Made by a program: the position numbers and the translations under genes
The notes under the pieces: model-generated
Seen by the model: the letters and a program-made list of their open reading frames with translations, nothing else
Database searches by the model: none
Told to the model about the DNA's origin: nothing
In this document: piece after piece, positions 29,944-38,149 of the stretch
Layout of the letters: each line of letters begins with the position of its first letter
How positions within the stretch are numbered: position 1 is the stretch's first letter
Source of the DNA: an uncultured Pelosinus sp.
GTDB lineage: Bacteria; Bacillota; Negativicutes; DSM-13327
Direction: 5' to 3'
DNA: 52,092 nucleotides
NCBI GenBank assembly: GCA_946415545.1
Contig: CAMKSY010000001.1
Coordinates: forward strand, 1 to 52,092

Positions 29944-30013
29944 CATTTTTAAATGATTATCCATACTATCTGGAAATAGAGAATTGCCATCTTTAAATAA
30001 TTAGATATCTAAT

Positions 30014-30055
30014 TGTGATATTGGTCACAGACTGTGATAAACATCTACTTATAAT
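30014..30055 (+). promoter_or_regulatory. Crp/Fnr-family site at class II position plus -10 box
   Basis: TGTGA-TATTGG-TCACA (30014-30029) centred at about -41 relative to TATAAT (30050-30055). Confidence 0.75.
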
Positions 30056-30093
30056 AAAGGTAAAGCATCATTACCATCCAAGGAGGATCTTTC

Positions 30094-30771
30094 ATGACAA
30101 TACCATTAGCGAGCATACCCTTTCTCAACAAGAAAATTAAATTTCCCGTAACTCCCCACATACCTGGTGGATTAACTACCGCTGCACAACTGAGACAAAT
30201 TGCCGATATTGCTGATAACTATAATGGCTCATTAAAGATTGTGGGAAATACGATTACGATTATAGGACTTAGCCTTGCAGATGGAGAAAAAGCCATCGCG
30301 GAACTTGGCTGCCAAGGAGATTCCTTTATTGCCAAACAAGTTCGTGCCGTTGCTTTCTGCCCTGGAAAGCCGGACTGTCCTAGAGCACTGCAAGACAGTA
30401 CAAACTTAGGTCTTGCCCTGGATAAAGAATTCTTTGGTCAAGAATTGCCCAGTAAGCTGCGCATTGGTGTCAGCGGCTGCCCAAACTGCTGCATTGAACC
30501 ATTTGTGAAGGATATTGGCATGTATGGCACAGCCAAAGGATATACGTTAGTAGTTGGCGGCAACTCAGGCTTTTCTGCACAAATTGCAACCCCTGTCGCC
30601 GAAAAGGTACCTGCTGATGAAATTCCGGCTATCGTGAACAGCATATTAACGTACTTCCGCCAGCATGGAAAAAGCAAAGAACGCTTAGGGCAGGTTATTG
30701 AACGACTCGGCTGGGATCACTTTTCACAACAAACACTGCCAGAAGAATACCGGAAAAATAAGAACATTTGA
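30094..30771 (+). CDS. Nitrite/sulfite reductase-like protein (ferredoxin half domain plus 4Fe-4S/siroheme domain)
   Basis: PGGLTTAAQLRQIADIA, CPGKPDC, KLRIGVSGCPNCC and ERLG..IERLG motifs. Confidence 0.88.
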   Translation: MTIPLASIPFLNKKIKFPVTPHIPGGLTTAAQLRQIADIADNYNGSLKIVGNTITIIGLSLADGEKAIAELGCQGDSFIAKQVRAVAFCPGKPDCPRALQDSTNLGLALDKEFFGQELPSKLRIGVSGCPNCCIEPFVKDIGMYGTAKGYTLVVGGNSGFSAQIATPVAEKVPADEIPAIVNSILTYFRQHGKSKERLGQVIERLGWDHFSQQTLPEEYRKNKNI

Positions 30772-30794
30772 ACCTCCAAGATATAAAGATAACG

Positions 30795-30832
30795 AAGGAC
30801 ACGAAGAATGGAAACTATTTCTTCGTGTCCTT
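30795..30832 (+). terminator. Terminator after the reductase-like gene
   Basis: AAGGACACGAAGAA...TTCTTCGTGTCCTT. Confidence 0.65.
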
Positions 30833-30873
30833 TATATCTCTTCGCATCCTCGCGATTCATTAGTCCATATAAC

Positions 30874-30996
30874 AAAAAAGTCTCGCTTCCGCGAGAATAT
30901 CTATAGTGCTATATAAAAATTCGGGGCAACGGAGTTCCCCCAAGATTATCTCAGCATCCACCCCAACACTAAGTAATCATTAACTCCGCTGCTTCA
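30874..30996 (-). ncRNA. Candidate stand-alone sRNA (about 125 nt)
   Basis: Own extended -10 (TGGTAGAAT, 31003-31011), a 67-nt rod hairpin with GU pairs only on the minus strand, and a GNRA-capped terminator TCTCGC-GGAA-GCGAGA-CTTTTTT. No ORF longer than a few codons in the rod. Confidence 0.55.
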
Positions 30997-31068
30997 TTAT
31001 CTATTCTACCACAGTTTTCATAACTATAAAAGTGGGAATAGCCACTCTTTTAGAAAAACTTTATCTTT

Positions 31069-32304
31069 TTAAGCATGAATCTTTATTTCTATCATATTAT
31101 ATACACATTCCAGATTTTCAAATAAAGTCTGTACAATTCTTTTATCAATTTTATTGTGCTTCACCATACTATACATAATCTTTTTTACTTCACTGGGAGA
31201 CAATACACTGCGATAGGAACGCTCTTCTGTTAATGCCGAAAAAATATCTGCTACTGCAACAATGCGTGACCCCATTTTGAGATGATTTTCTTGTACCCGG
31301 AACGGATAGCCCACACCGTCTATTGTCTCATGATGATAAGCCCCCCATTCAGCAATGACTTGAAATTCGTCGATCTGTTCTAATATCCGATAGGTATAAT
31401 ATGCGTGCTGCTTAATGATCTCAAATTCTCTGGGAACTAAGCTCTCCGATTTCTCCAATAGCTGCTTTGGTACAGCCAACTTTCCTAAATCATGAAGTAA
31501 ACCTGCAATTTGCATTGCCTTGCACTCTTCTTCGCTATAGCCTTCCAGCATTGCTAAATAAGAGGAAACCATTGCTACATTTCGTGAATGGGCACCTGTA
31601 AATGAACTCGTTTGATCAATGACCTTAGCAAAAATTTCTGCAATATCAAGTATATCATCCACATCAAATCGTATCCGACCATATTGATTCATACGATCAA
31701 AAAAACGCTGTGCATAGGCTGCGTCTCCCAGATCCAGCCAAAAGCTTTCTTGCTGCGAGCAAGCCTGAAGAGCCACTATTACCTTAGGATCAAAATAGAT
31801 CCCACTTAAACTCACCAGCCTGGATAAAACATCATTTTTTTGTCCCAAAATGTATTTTTCATCATTAATTAATACATCCAAACGATCCGCTACGTTTATA
31901 ATCCGGCTGATCAAGGGTATCTGACTTCCTGATAATCCCGACGGACTGGAGCCATCATAGAAATCGTGATGATGGCGAATAGGTACAGCTAACATACCTA
32001 AAACTGGTGAATCCTTTAATAAACGATATCCAATTTCAGCATGATCATAAATAGTATCTACTACTTCAAAGGTACGTAACTTCACTCGCTCATCCCAATT
32101 TGCTGCTGCCCCTAAGTCATGAAGCAAGGCTGTATAGACTAAAATCTGATGCTGCCAGTCCTTCATATTCATAGCCTTGCCGATCCGGCTGCTAATCATC
32201 GCCGTACGCCAGTGATGATGGGATAATCCTCCATTGGACAACTCTAAGGCCAAGGATAAGGCACGGAATAAATTAATGGGATGGATATTAAACACCATCT
32301 CCAT
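31069..32304 (-). CDS. Tandem HD / HD-GYP domain phosphodiesterase
   Basis: LLHDLG occurs twice; HHETIDGVGYP and ADIFSALTEERSYR. Confidence 0.9.
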   Translation of the reverse strand: MEMVFNIHPINLFRALSLALELSNGGLSHHHWRTAMISSRIGKAMNMKDWQHQILVYTALLHDLGAAANWDERVKLRTFEVVDTIYDHAEIGYRLLKDSPVLGMLAVPIRHHHDFYDGSSPSGLSGSQIPLISRIINVADRLDVLINDEKYILGQKNDVLSRLVSLSGIYFDPKVIVALQACSQQESFWLDLGDAAYAQRFFDRMNQYGRIRFDVDDILDIAEIFAKVIDQTSSFTGAHSRNVAMVSSYLAMLEGYSEEECKAMQIAGLLHDLGKLAVPKQLLEKSESLVPREFEIIKQHAYYTYRILEQIDEFQVIAEWGAYHHETIDGVGYPFRVQENHLKMGSRIVAVADIFSALTEERSYRSVLSPSEVKKIMYSMVKHNKIDKRIVQTLFENLECVYNMIEIKIHA

Positions 32305-32337
32305 CCCTCCCTTTCTATGATGTCTTATCCTGATAGT

Positions 32338-33702
32338 CTATAACGAATGCAAGAACCATGTCACGGCCAACAAATCCGCAACACCACCAGGGCTGACATT
32401 TTCTCGAATAAATTCTTGGTCTAAAACTTCACACCTATGCCGTCCATTTTCAGTTTCCATACCGCCTGCCTCAATTATCATTTGCGCCCGCTCCCGAACC
32501 CATACTCGCATCTTATCAGGGTCATGGCGGTGCATAACGGTCGTATCATCTACGCAAGTCATAAGCACCAACAACGTATGCACTAAAGCATCATTGATTG
32601 ACAGTCCTTTATCCAAAGCTTCCCGCAAAGCTGGTAAAGCTTTATATCGTACCGATGGCAAGCCTTCTGCTAATTCTCCACGAATACCCGTAATTCCATA
32701 GTTAACATATAAACGTTCTCCAGCAGTCAGCTCTTGTCTGCTCTTATGAACAGCCCCTGCCAATTCCTTTTCAACAATTCCATTTACCATTTGTGAAGCA
32801 TATTCTAGTACCGTGCCTTGCGTTACAGGTGATGACCGCCCCTGAAGCCATCCAGTAACCCCTGTCATAATTCCAAGTAAAAAAATTAATCCCTTTTGCG
32901 TGTTAACTCCCCCAGTGGCAGCTAGCATCGCTTGTTCCGCTTCCAAACCGATAATTCTTAGTACTGGCAGCAAGGCTTCTACAGCTTCATCATGAAAGAT
33001 CCCGGCCTGAGCGCAACGGTTCATATAACTGCCAAGAGAAGCTGAGCTTGCCATGAAACTATAAAAATCCATATCCCGATGAGCACCACTGTTAACTCGA
33101 TCCACCAAACCTGGCGAAGGAGTACACGTGACTTCATATAACATGGCCTCAACCGCCAATGCTCCGATTTTTTCAGCAGCGGGACTAATACACCTAGTTT
33201 CATAGGCTCTAAATTGCTGTAGCAGCTTTTCCACTACTTCAAGCAAATCCTGCATAGTATGCCGCCCTTCCCGCCGGCATACTACAAATTCTCCTCCGCA
33301 CACAAAGCAGTTCCGCCCTTTCCCCTCATCCCGACGAGATAAGAGTACGCCCGCTTGATCAAATACATCAATATCCAATAAACGCGAGAAACCAAAGGCC
33401 TCCTCAATCTTTTCAGCTGCTTTCTTGACTAACCAGCCCTCATTGTTAATCCCAAGTAAAGCTTCGGGACCCGTAGCTAGATTGATTTGCTCCTCACCTA
33501 GGATTTCAAATTTCTTTTTTATCTCTTGCACGGCATAATCCCTGAGACGCCTTAAAACGGGAGTGTCTTTTACTGCCCCTGGCACATTTAAGGTTATGCT
33601 GATGATTGTTCCCTGATACTTTTCTTTAAACATTTGTTGCCTATGATACCTAGCATCTTTTGCTGCTAGAACCTCTTCTAATGTAACGGTCCTTGTTTTC
33701 AT
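32338..33702 (-). CDS. citXG: Fused holo-citrate-lyase synthase / triphosphoribosyl-dephospho-CoA synthase
   Basis: CitX half: TLEEVLAAKDAR, NVPGAVK, RLLDIDV, CFVC..C.R..RH. CitG half: PSPGLVD..NSGAH.DM, GVNTQKG, GIRGE, SPGG.ADLLA. Confidence 0.9.
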   Translation of the reverse strand: MKTRTVTLEEVLAAKDARYHRQQMFKEKYQGTIISITLNVPGAVKDTPVLRRLRDYAVQEIKKKFEILGEEQINLATGPEALLGINNEGWLVKKAAEKIEEAFGFSRLLDIDVFDQAGVLLSRRDEGKGRNCFVCGGEFVVCRREGRHTMQDLLEVVEKLLQQFRAYETRCISPAAEKIGALAVEAMLYEVTCTPSPGLVDRVNSGAHRDMDFYSFMASSASLGSYMNRCAQAGIFHDEAVEALLPVLRIIGLEAEQAMLAATGGVNTQKGLIFLLGIMTGVTGWLQGRSSPVTQGTVLEYASQMVNGIVEKELAGAVHKSRQELTAGERLYVNYGITGIRGELAEGLPSVRYKALPALREALDKGLSINDALVHTLLVLMTCVDDTTVMHRHDPDKMRVWVRERAQMIIEAGGMETENGRHRCEVLDQEFIRENVSPGGVADLLAVTWFLHSL

Positions 33703-33722
33703 TCTAACACTCCATTTTTTAG

Positions 33723-34448
33723 CTATCTCTTCTGCAGAGAAGAAAGGATTTCAACGACTTTATGAATTAAAGTTTTATTCAAATATTGACGATTTTTGCA
33801 AGTCAGAATATAATGATTCAACTGATTATCATGAAACAAAACGGGTACACTACTATTATGAGCCTTTACATGAACTGCTTCATTCGTGAATAATACAATC
33901 CCTTCAACCCATACATTAATCCCTTGTTCCTTAAAAAATTTGGATAATTTATATACTTGCCCTTTTACCTGCTTTACAGGATTGACCATTTTCTTAGAAT
34001 ACTTTCCGCCGCCTCGCCCGACTTTATGCTGCGTCCATTCTGCATCTTGTGCATCTCCCACAATATATCCATTGTGATTTTTAACCTCTACTACATACAC
34101 CCCTTTCATACCTACTATAATCAAATCCGTCTCTTGACTATAATTCTGATACGAAATACTCACATTCGTAAAAACATGATAATCTTCAGGAAGATGCAGT
34201 GCTTCTACTAAGCCTATTGTTTCCCCTTTTGCACCAAAACGAAATATGACGCCCCGTCTAATATAATAACTGGATAAAACAATGGCAATGATCAGCGGTG
34301 CTAAATAATACCACTGATTTACCTGTAATCTATGTACAAAGATTAGATAAAAAGACATACACACGAGCACTAAAAGAACGATTCCTATAAATAGACTTCG
34401 ATTGGCTTTTCCGCTTAGATTATTTCTCCCCTTATGAAATTGAGCCAT
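33723..34448 (-). CDS. Membrane-anchored NERD (nuclease-related) domain protein
   Basis: Two N-terminal TMs; GAKGE, ETDLIIVG..GVYVVEVKN and NPVKQ motifs. Confidence 0.85.
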   Translation of the reverse strand: MAQFHKGRNNLSGKANRSLFIGIVLLVLVCMSFYLIFVHRLQVNQWYYLAPLIIAIVLSSYYIRRGVIFRFGAKGETIGLVEALHLPEDYHVFTNVSISYQNYSQETDLIIVGMKGVYVVEVKNHNGYIVGDAQDAEWTQHKVGRGGGKYSKKMVNPVKQVKGQVYKLSKFFKEQGINVWVEGIVLFTNEAVHVKAHNSSVPVLFHDNQLNHYILTCKNRQYLNKTLIHKVVEILSSLQKR

Positions 34449-34720
34449 ACCTTTTACTCCCTTATGTTCTCTAGACTGTATCTCGTGACCTAAGCCACCA
34501 GCTACGTTCCCCCTGACCCTAGACAGCTTAACACTTCATCTTAAGTCAACTCTTCCTTATCCGTACAATCTATACGTTTACTTATTCTGTTTAAACCTAA
34601 AAAAACCTCCACGTCATCGGAGGTTTTATTCTTTGGCATTCTTTTTAACAAAAATATAATGTTTATTATCTTATGATTTTTACATTATAATGGATAGTAT
34701 ACAACATTGGAGGCAGCACC

Positions 34721-35692
34721 ATGCATGAGGATACTGCATTAAGAGCATATAAACGCAAAATACATTGGCAAGTACTATTAGTAGTTATCATTGTTCTTAC
34801 TTTTGTCATAAATGTAGCTGGCCTATTTGCTGGTGCGATTTTTTATAAAGAATTCTGCGTGTTAAATACCCGTACCAGCGTAGAGAGATTCAATCCACTC
34901 AAATCCCGCCTGCAAAAAGGTCTCCAAACAAAGCATTGGTATTCGATTAATATCCAATCACCTTTTGGCTATTATTTAAAAGGAACCTACTTGCCGTATG
35001 CAGATCCTTCTAATAAGACGGTCATTATCGTACACGGCATTGCTGCCAACCGCTTAATGAGCCTATGGTATGTAAATATCTACTTGGATCAGGGCTACAA
35101 TGTGTTAATCTATGACTCAAGAGCCCATGGCGAAAGCGGCGGAACCTCCACAACCTGGGGATACTATGAAAAATACGATCTAGAAGCATGGGTAAAATGG
35201 GTAGCCAACGAGCATCCAAAGGGAGTTATTGGCGTACATGGAATCTCCATGGGAGCAGCAACAGCACTTATGCAAGCCGAGCTCAATGAAGCTTCTAAGC
35301 AGGTAGACTTTTATATTATTGACAGCGCTTATAGCAATTTAGAAGACTTACTAACCAAACAAATTGGTGCTGCCGTAAATTCTCATAATTATCTATGGAT
35401 CAAAACCTTATTAAAATATTCCAGCGCAGTGGCCTACATCCAAGATCGTTTTTTTTATGAAGATATATCTCCTATCCACGCAGTGGAAAGGGTTACTACA
35501 CCCATCTTGTATCTACATGGTGAGACAGATCCTCTTGTCCCGGTGAGTATGTCCCATCAGTTATATGCTGCTACCAACGGTTATCGTCAAATTCATACCT
35601 TCCCTAAAACAGGACATGCCATGGCTATTTTTGACAATAAAGCCGAATACCAAGATGTTATTACCCAATTTATTAAAACAACAATAAAATAA
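34721..35692 (+). CDS. Membrane-anchored alpha/beta hydrolase (YqkD-like)
   Basis: IIVHG, DSRAHGES.G, HGISMGAA (GxSxG), HGETD.LVP and TGH motifs. Confidence 0.9.
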   Translation: MHEDTALRAYKRKIHWQVLLVVIIVLTFVINVAGLFAGAIFYKEFCVLNTRTSVERFNPLKSRLQKGLQTKHWYSINIQSPFGYYLKGTYLPYADPSNKTVIIVHGIAANRLMSLWYVNIYLDQGYNVLIYDSRAHGESGGTSTTWGYYEKYDLEAWVKWVANEHPKGVIGVHGISMGAATALMQAELNEASKQVDFYIIDSAYSNLEDLLTKQIGAAVNSHNYLWIKTLLKYSSAVAYIQDRFFYEDISPIHAVERVTTPILYLHGETDPLVPVSMSHQLYAATNGYRQIHTFPKTGHAMAIFDNKAEYQDVITQFIKTTIK

Positions 35693-35695
35693 AAA

Positions 35696-35721
35696 AAAAG
35701 CCTCTATTCGCTGAGGCTTTT
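35696..35721. terminator. Bidirectional terminator
   Basis: AAAAGCCTC-TATTCGCT-GAGGCTTTT flanked by A and T runs; also supports a convergent gene on the minus strand. Confidence 0.75.
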
Positions 35722-35723
35722 TA

Positions 35724-35852
35724 TTATTTATCCAAATGATTTGCAATACGTCTTAATGACGTTGCAATATGGTATAGCAGATAGAAGAACCCTCCCGCTG
35801 CAGCAATATGAGCTACACCAAAAGCAATGCCAATTGCAGGATTTCCATGCAT
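35724..35852 (-). CDS. Small single-TM membrane peptide (42 aa)
   Basis: MHGNPAIGIAFGVAHIAAAGGFFYLLYHIATSLRRIANHLDK; GGAGGT RBS, own promoter and terminator. Not in the track. Confidence 0.75.
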   Translation of the reverse strand: MHGNPAIGIAFGVAHIAAAGGFFYLLYHIATSLRRIANHLDK

Positions 35853-35883
35853 CTATTTTTACCTCCCACCTTAGAATACTCTT

Positions 35884-35917
35884 ATTATCACATAGACCTA
35901 TGACAACTTTATGACAA
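35884..35917 (-). promoter_or_regulatory. PhoB/OmpR-type box replacing the -35, plus -10
   Basis: TTGTCATAAAGTTGTCAT-N10-GATAAT. Confidence 0.7.
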
Positions 35918-36076
35918 TACTATCTCTCATAAAAAATACTAGCTGCTCTTTAACAATCATCGGATATTTTATCTACTATTTTTTTACATTTATAGAATTT
36001 ATAGTATATTAGTTGACTAACTGACAACTTAATGATAATATAGGGTTGTTAGTATATTATATAGGGGGCGAATAAG

Positions 36077-36895
36077 GTGAAAATTGCATTAGTAGGATTG
36101 GGTAGAACAGGAAAAGTTGTGGCAGAATATCTTCTTTCGCAGAACGTGCTTAGCATGGTATTGTGTAGACCAAATAGTACTAATGCTAATAAGGATCTTG
36201 GGGAGATATTGGATCGCAATGATACAGGAATTATGATTGAGACCAGCGACCATTTAGAGAGGAAACTATTTCAATATAAACCAGACATTCTTATTGATTT
36301 TTCACGCGCCAGCTTTGTAACCGATAACATTCACATCTTAGAAAAATGCGGTGTAAGTATCGTTACAGCAGTAACTGACTATGATTCTGCAGAAATAGAA
36401 AAAATTAAGAACGTCGCACAGAAAGGTAATATTGGCGTTGTCTTGGCACCGAATATTACATATGGCGTTAATGTATTAATGTTGATGACGGAAATAGCAG
36501 CGGAGTTAATGAACTCCTATGATTTTGAGATTTACGAAGAGCACCATAAGCAGAAAAAAGACAGTCCATCTGGAACTGCTAAGAAAATTGCTCTGAAAAT
36601 ACAAGAGGTTCTGGATCGTAATGACGAGGTCCCCACTCATGCTGTTCGGGCAGGCGGTATTATTGGAAAGCATAAAGTTATGATTTGCGGGGAGTATGAT
36701 TCTATCGAAATTTCTCATCAATCCTATTCCAAGAAAGCCTTTGCCCAAGGCGCATACAAAGTAGCTCAATTTCTGATGGGAAAAACAGGTTTCTATGAAA
36801 TGAGCGATGTTTTTGAGCAGGAAAGAGAACAGAAAAGACAAATCATAGCCTTGCGTAAAATGATGGAAGATATGAATATTTTGAATTTAGCATAG
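36077..36895 (+). CDS. dapB: 4-hydroxy-tetrahydrodipicolinate reductase
   Basis: GLGRTG, LIDFS, APN, EEHHKQKKDSPSGTA, VRAGGIIGKH and FAQGA motifs. Confidence 0.9.
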   Translation: MKIALVGLGRTGKVVAEYLLSQNVLSMVLCRPNSTNANKDLGEILDRNDTGIMIETSDHLERKLFQYKPDILIDFSRASFVTDNIHILEKCGVSIVTAVTDYDSAEIEKIKNVAQKGNIGVVLAPNITYGVNVLMLMTEIAAELMNSYDFEIYEEHHKQKKDSPSGTAKKIALKIQEVLDRNDEVPTHAVRAGGIIGKHKVMICGEYDSIEISHQSYSKKAFAQGAYKVAQFLMGKTGFYEMSDVFEQEREQKRQIIALRKMMEDMNILNLA

Positions 36896-36943
36896 AAAAT
36901 CTGCTATACTATCGTAGTAGATTGATTCTATGGAGGTGATTGT

Positions 36944-37051
36944 ATGGGAAAGGTATCCCCTAAAAGCAGTTATAAGAACATTAAAAATGCAGAGAGAAGT
37001 ACAAAGTTTTTTATTGACAAACAAGCACCTAAAAAGCCAATAAAAAAATAA
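36944..37051 (+). CDS. Small basic peptide (35 aa)
   Basis: MGKVSPKSSYKNIKNAERSTKFFIDKQAPKKPIKK; GGAGGTG RBS, upstream TGCTATACT extended -10 and a downstream terminator. Confidence 0.55.
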   Translation: MGKVSPKSSYKNIKNAERSTKFFIDKQAPKKPIKK

Positions 37052-37091
37052 TAGGATAGTAACTCTCACCTCTTTAGCTTAGGGTAAGCTT

Positions 37092-37137
37092 AAAAGCTCC
37101 TATAAAAATTCGCTTGCGAATTTTTATAGGAGCTTTT
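37092..37137. terminator. Long perfect hairpin (terminator)
   Basis: AAAAGCTCCTATAAAAATTCGC-TT-GCGAATTTTTATAGGAGCTTTT. Confidence 0.7.
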
Positions 37138-37450
37138 GTATCTTACCGATATGCTAGCTCAATAGCCCCCCACGGCTAATTCTCTGCCAATTGAGCTTAT
37201 TTCAACTTTATCATGAATCAGACCATCAGAAATCGTACCTGAAATCATTTTAGGCTCTGTCTTATACTCTATGGTGTCTTAGGGATTGATTCTAAATTCA
37301 TTCAGAGAAGCTATGTTCAAAACAAACAACTCTTTATCCTGCTACAATTGTTACTTCTATATTATATATCGTAGAAATCTTACATATTATAAATAATGAG
37401 AATCAAATTAATAATGGCATGGCATGTCCATAGCGAAATAAAAGAAAGAA

Positions 37451-37499
37451 TTGACAATAAAATACAACTATTTTATAATTCAGTTAACGAACGTTAACT
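37451..37499 (+). promoter_or_regulatory. Consensus SigA promoter with TetR-type operator at the start site
   Basis: TTGACA-N17-TATAAT (37451-37479), then the palindrome AGTTAACG-AA-CGTTAACT (37482-37499). Confidence 0.85.
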
Positions 37500-37506
37500 T
37501 TATGGA

Positions 37507-38094
37507 GTGATTAAATTGAATACATTGTTTTCCCACGACGGCAAGAAAAAAGATCTTATCCAGTCAGCATTGGATTTATTTGCAGTTAATGGTTATGATG
37601 GTGTTTCCGTAAGAGATATTGCCAAAACAGCGGGAGTCTCTGAAGCTGCCTTATATAAGCATTTTAAAGGCAAAGAAGATTTAGCATTGTATATCTTTAA
37701 CGCCATTATTAAGAATTACTCTGAACGTCTGCTTGTCTTAGAAGCTCAGCCTCTTAGTTCTATTGATAAGCTCTGTAAAATAGTCGAATATACCTATGAT
37801 CTATACGAAATGTATCCTGCCGAAATTCGCTTTGCTCTGTTATCCCAATATTATTTTTGGGATTCTTTAAGTAACGAAATTAAGCCTCATTTGATCATAA
37901 AACGTATTGTAGAAGAAGGAATTACTGCTGGAGAGATCCATAAACAAGAAGTTTACTTGTGGATCGCAGTCTATTCAGGAGTCATGTTACAGCCCTTAGC
38001 TCAATATCCTTATTTTCATGAAAATCTGCCGGATATACAGACACTTAAAAGTAACGTCATTGAAATCGTGGGTAAATTGTTTTCAAAAGAGTAA
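37507..38094 (+). CDS. TetR/AcrR-family regulator
   Basis: ALDLFAVNGYDGVSVRDIAKTAGVSEAALYKHFKGKE HTH. Start may be TTG 37516. Confidence 0.93.
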   Translation: MIKLNTLFSHDGKKKDLIQSALDLFAVNGYDGVSVRDIAKTAGVSEAALYKHFKGKEDLALYIFNAIIKNYSERLLVLEAQPLSSIDKLCKIVEYTYDLYEMYPAEIRFALLSQYYFWDSLSNEIKPHLIIKRIVEEGITAGEIHKQEVYLWIAVYSGVMLQPLAQYPYFHENLPDIQTLKSNVIEIVGKLFSKE

Positions 38095-38149
38095 AATATG
38101 AACCATAGCTACTGATAATATAAAGAATAAATGACAGGGAGCAAAAATA

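Noticed and set aside
34460-34560. Possible c-di-GMP or other known riboswitch upstream of the NERD gene
   Set aside because: Lacks the GEMM-I (GGCAAA..GAAA..GCAAAGC) and c-di-GMP-II cores; kept only as an unclassified structured leader.
37162-37320. Minus-strand frame ending ...HDKVEISSIGRELAVGGY (FlgM-like DxVEIS motif)
   Set aside because: In-frame TAA mid-way and no good RBS. At most a decayed fragment; too little support to call.
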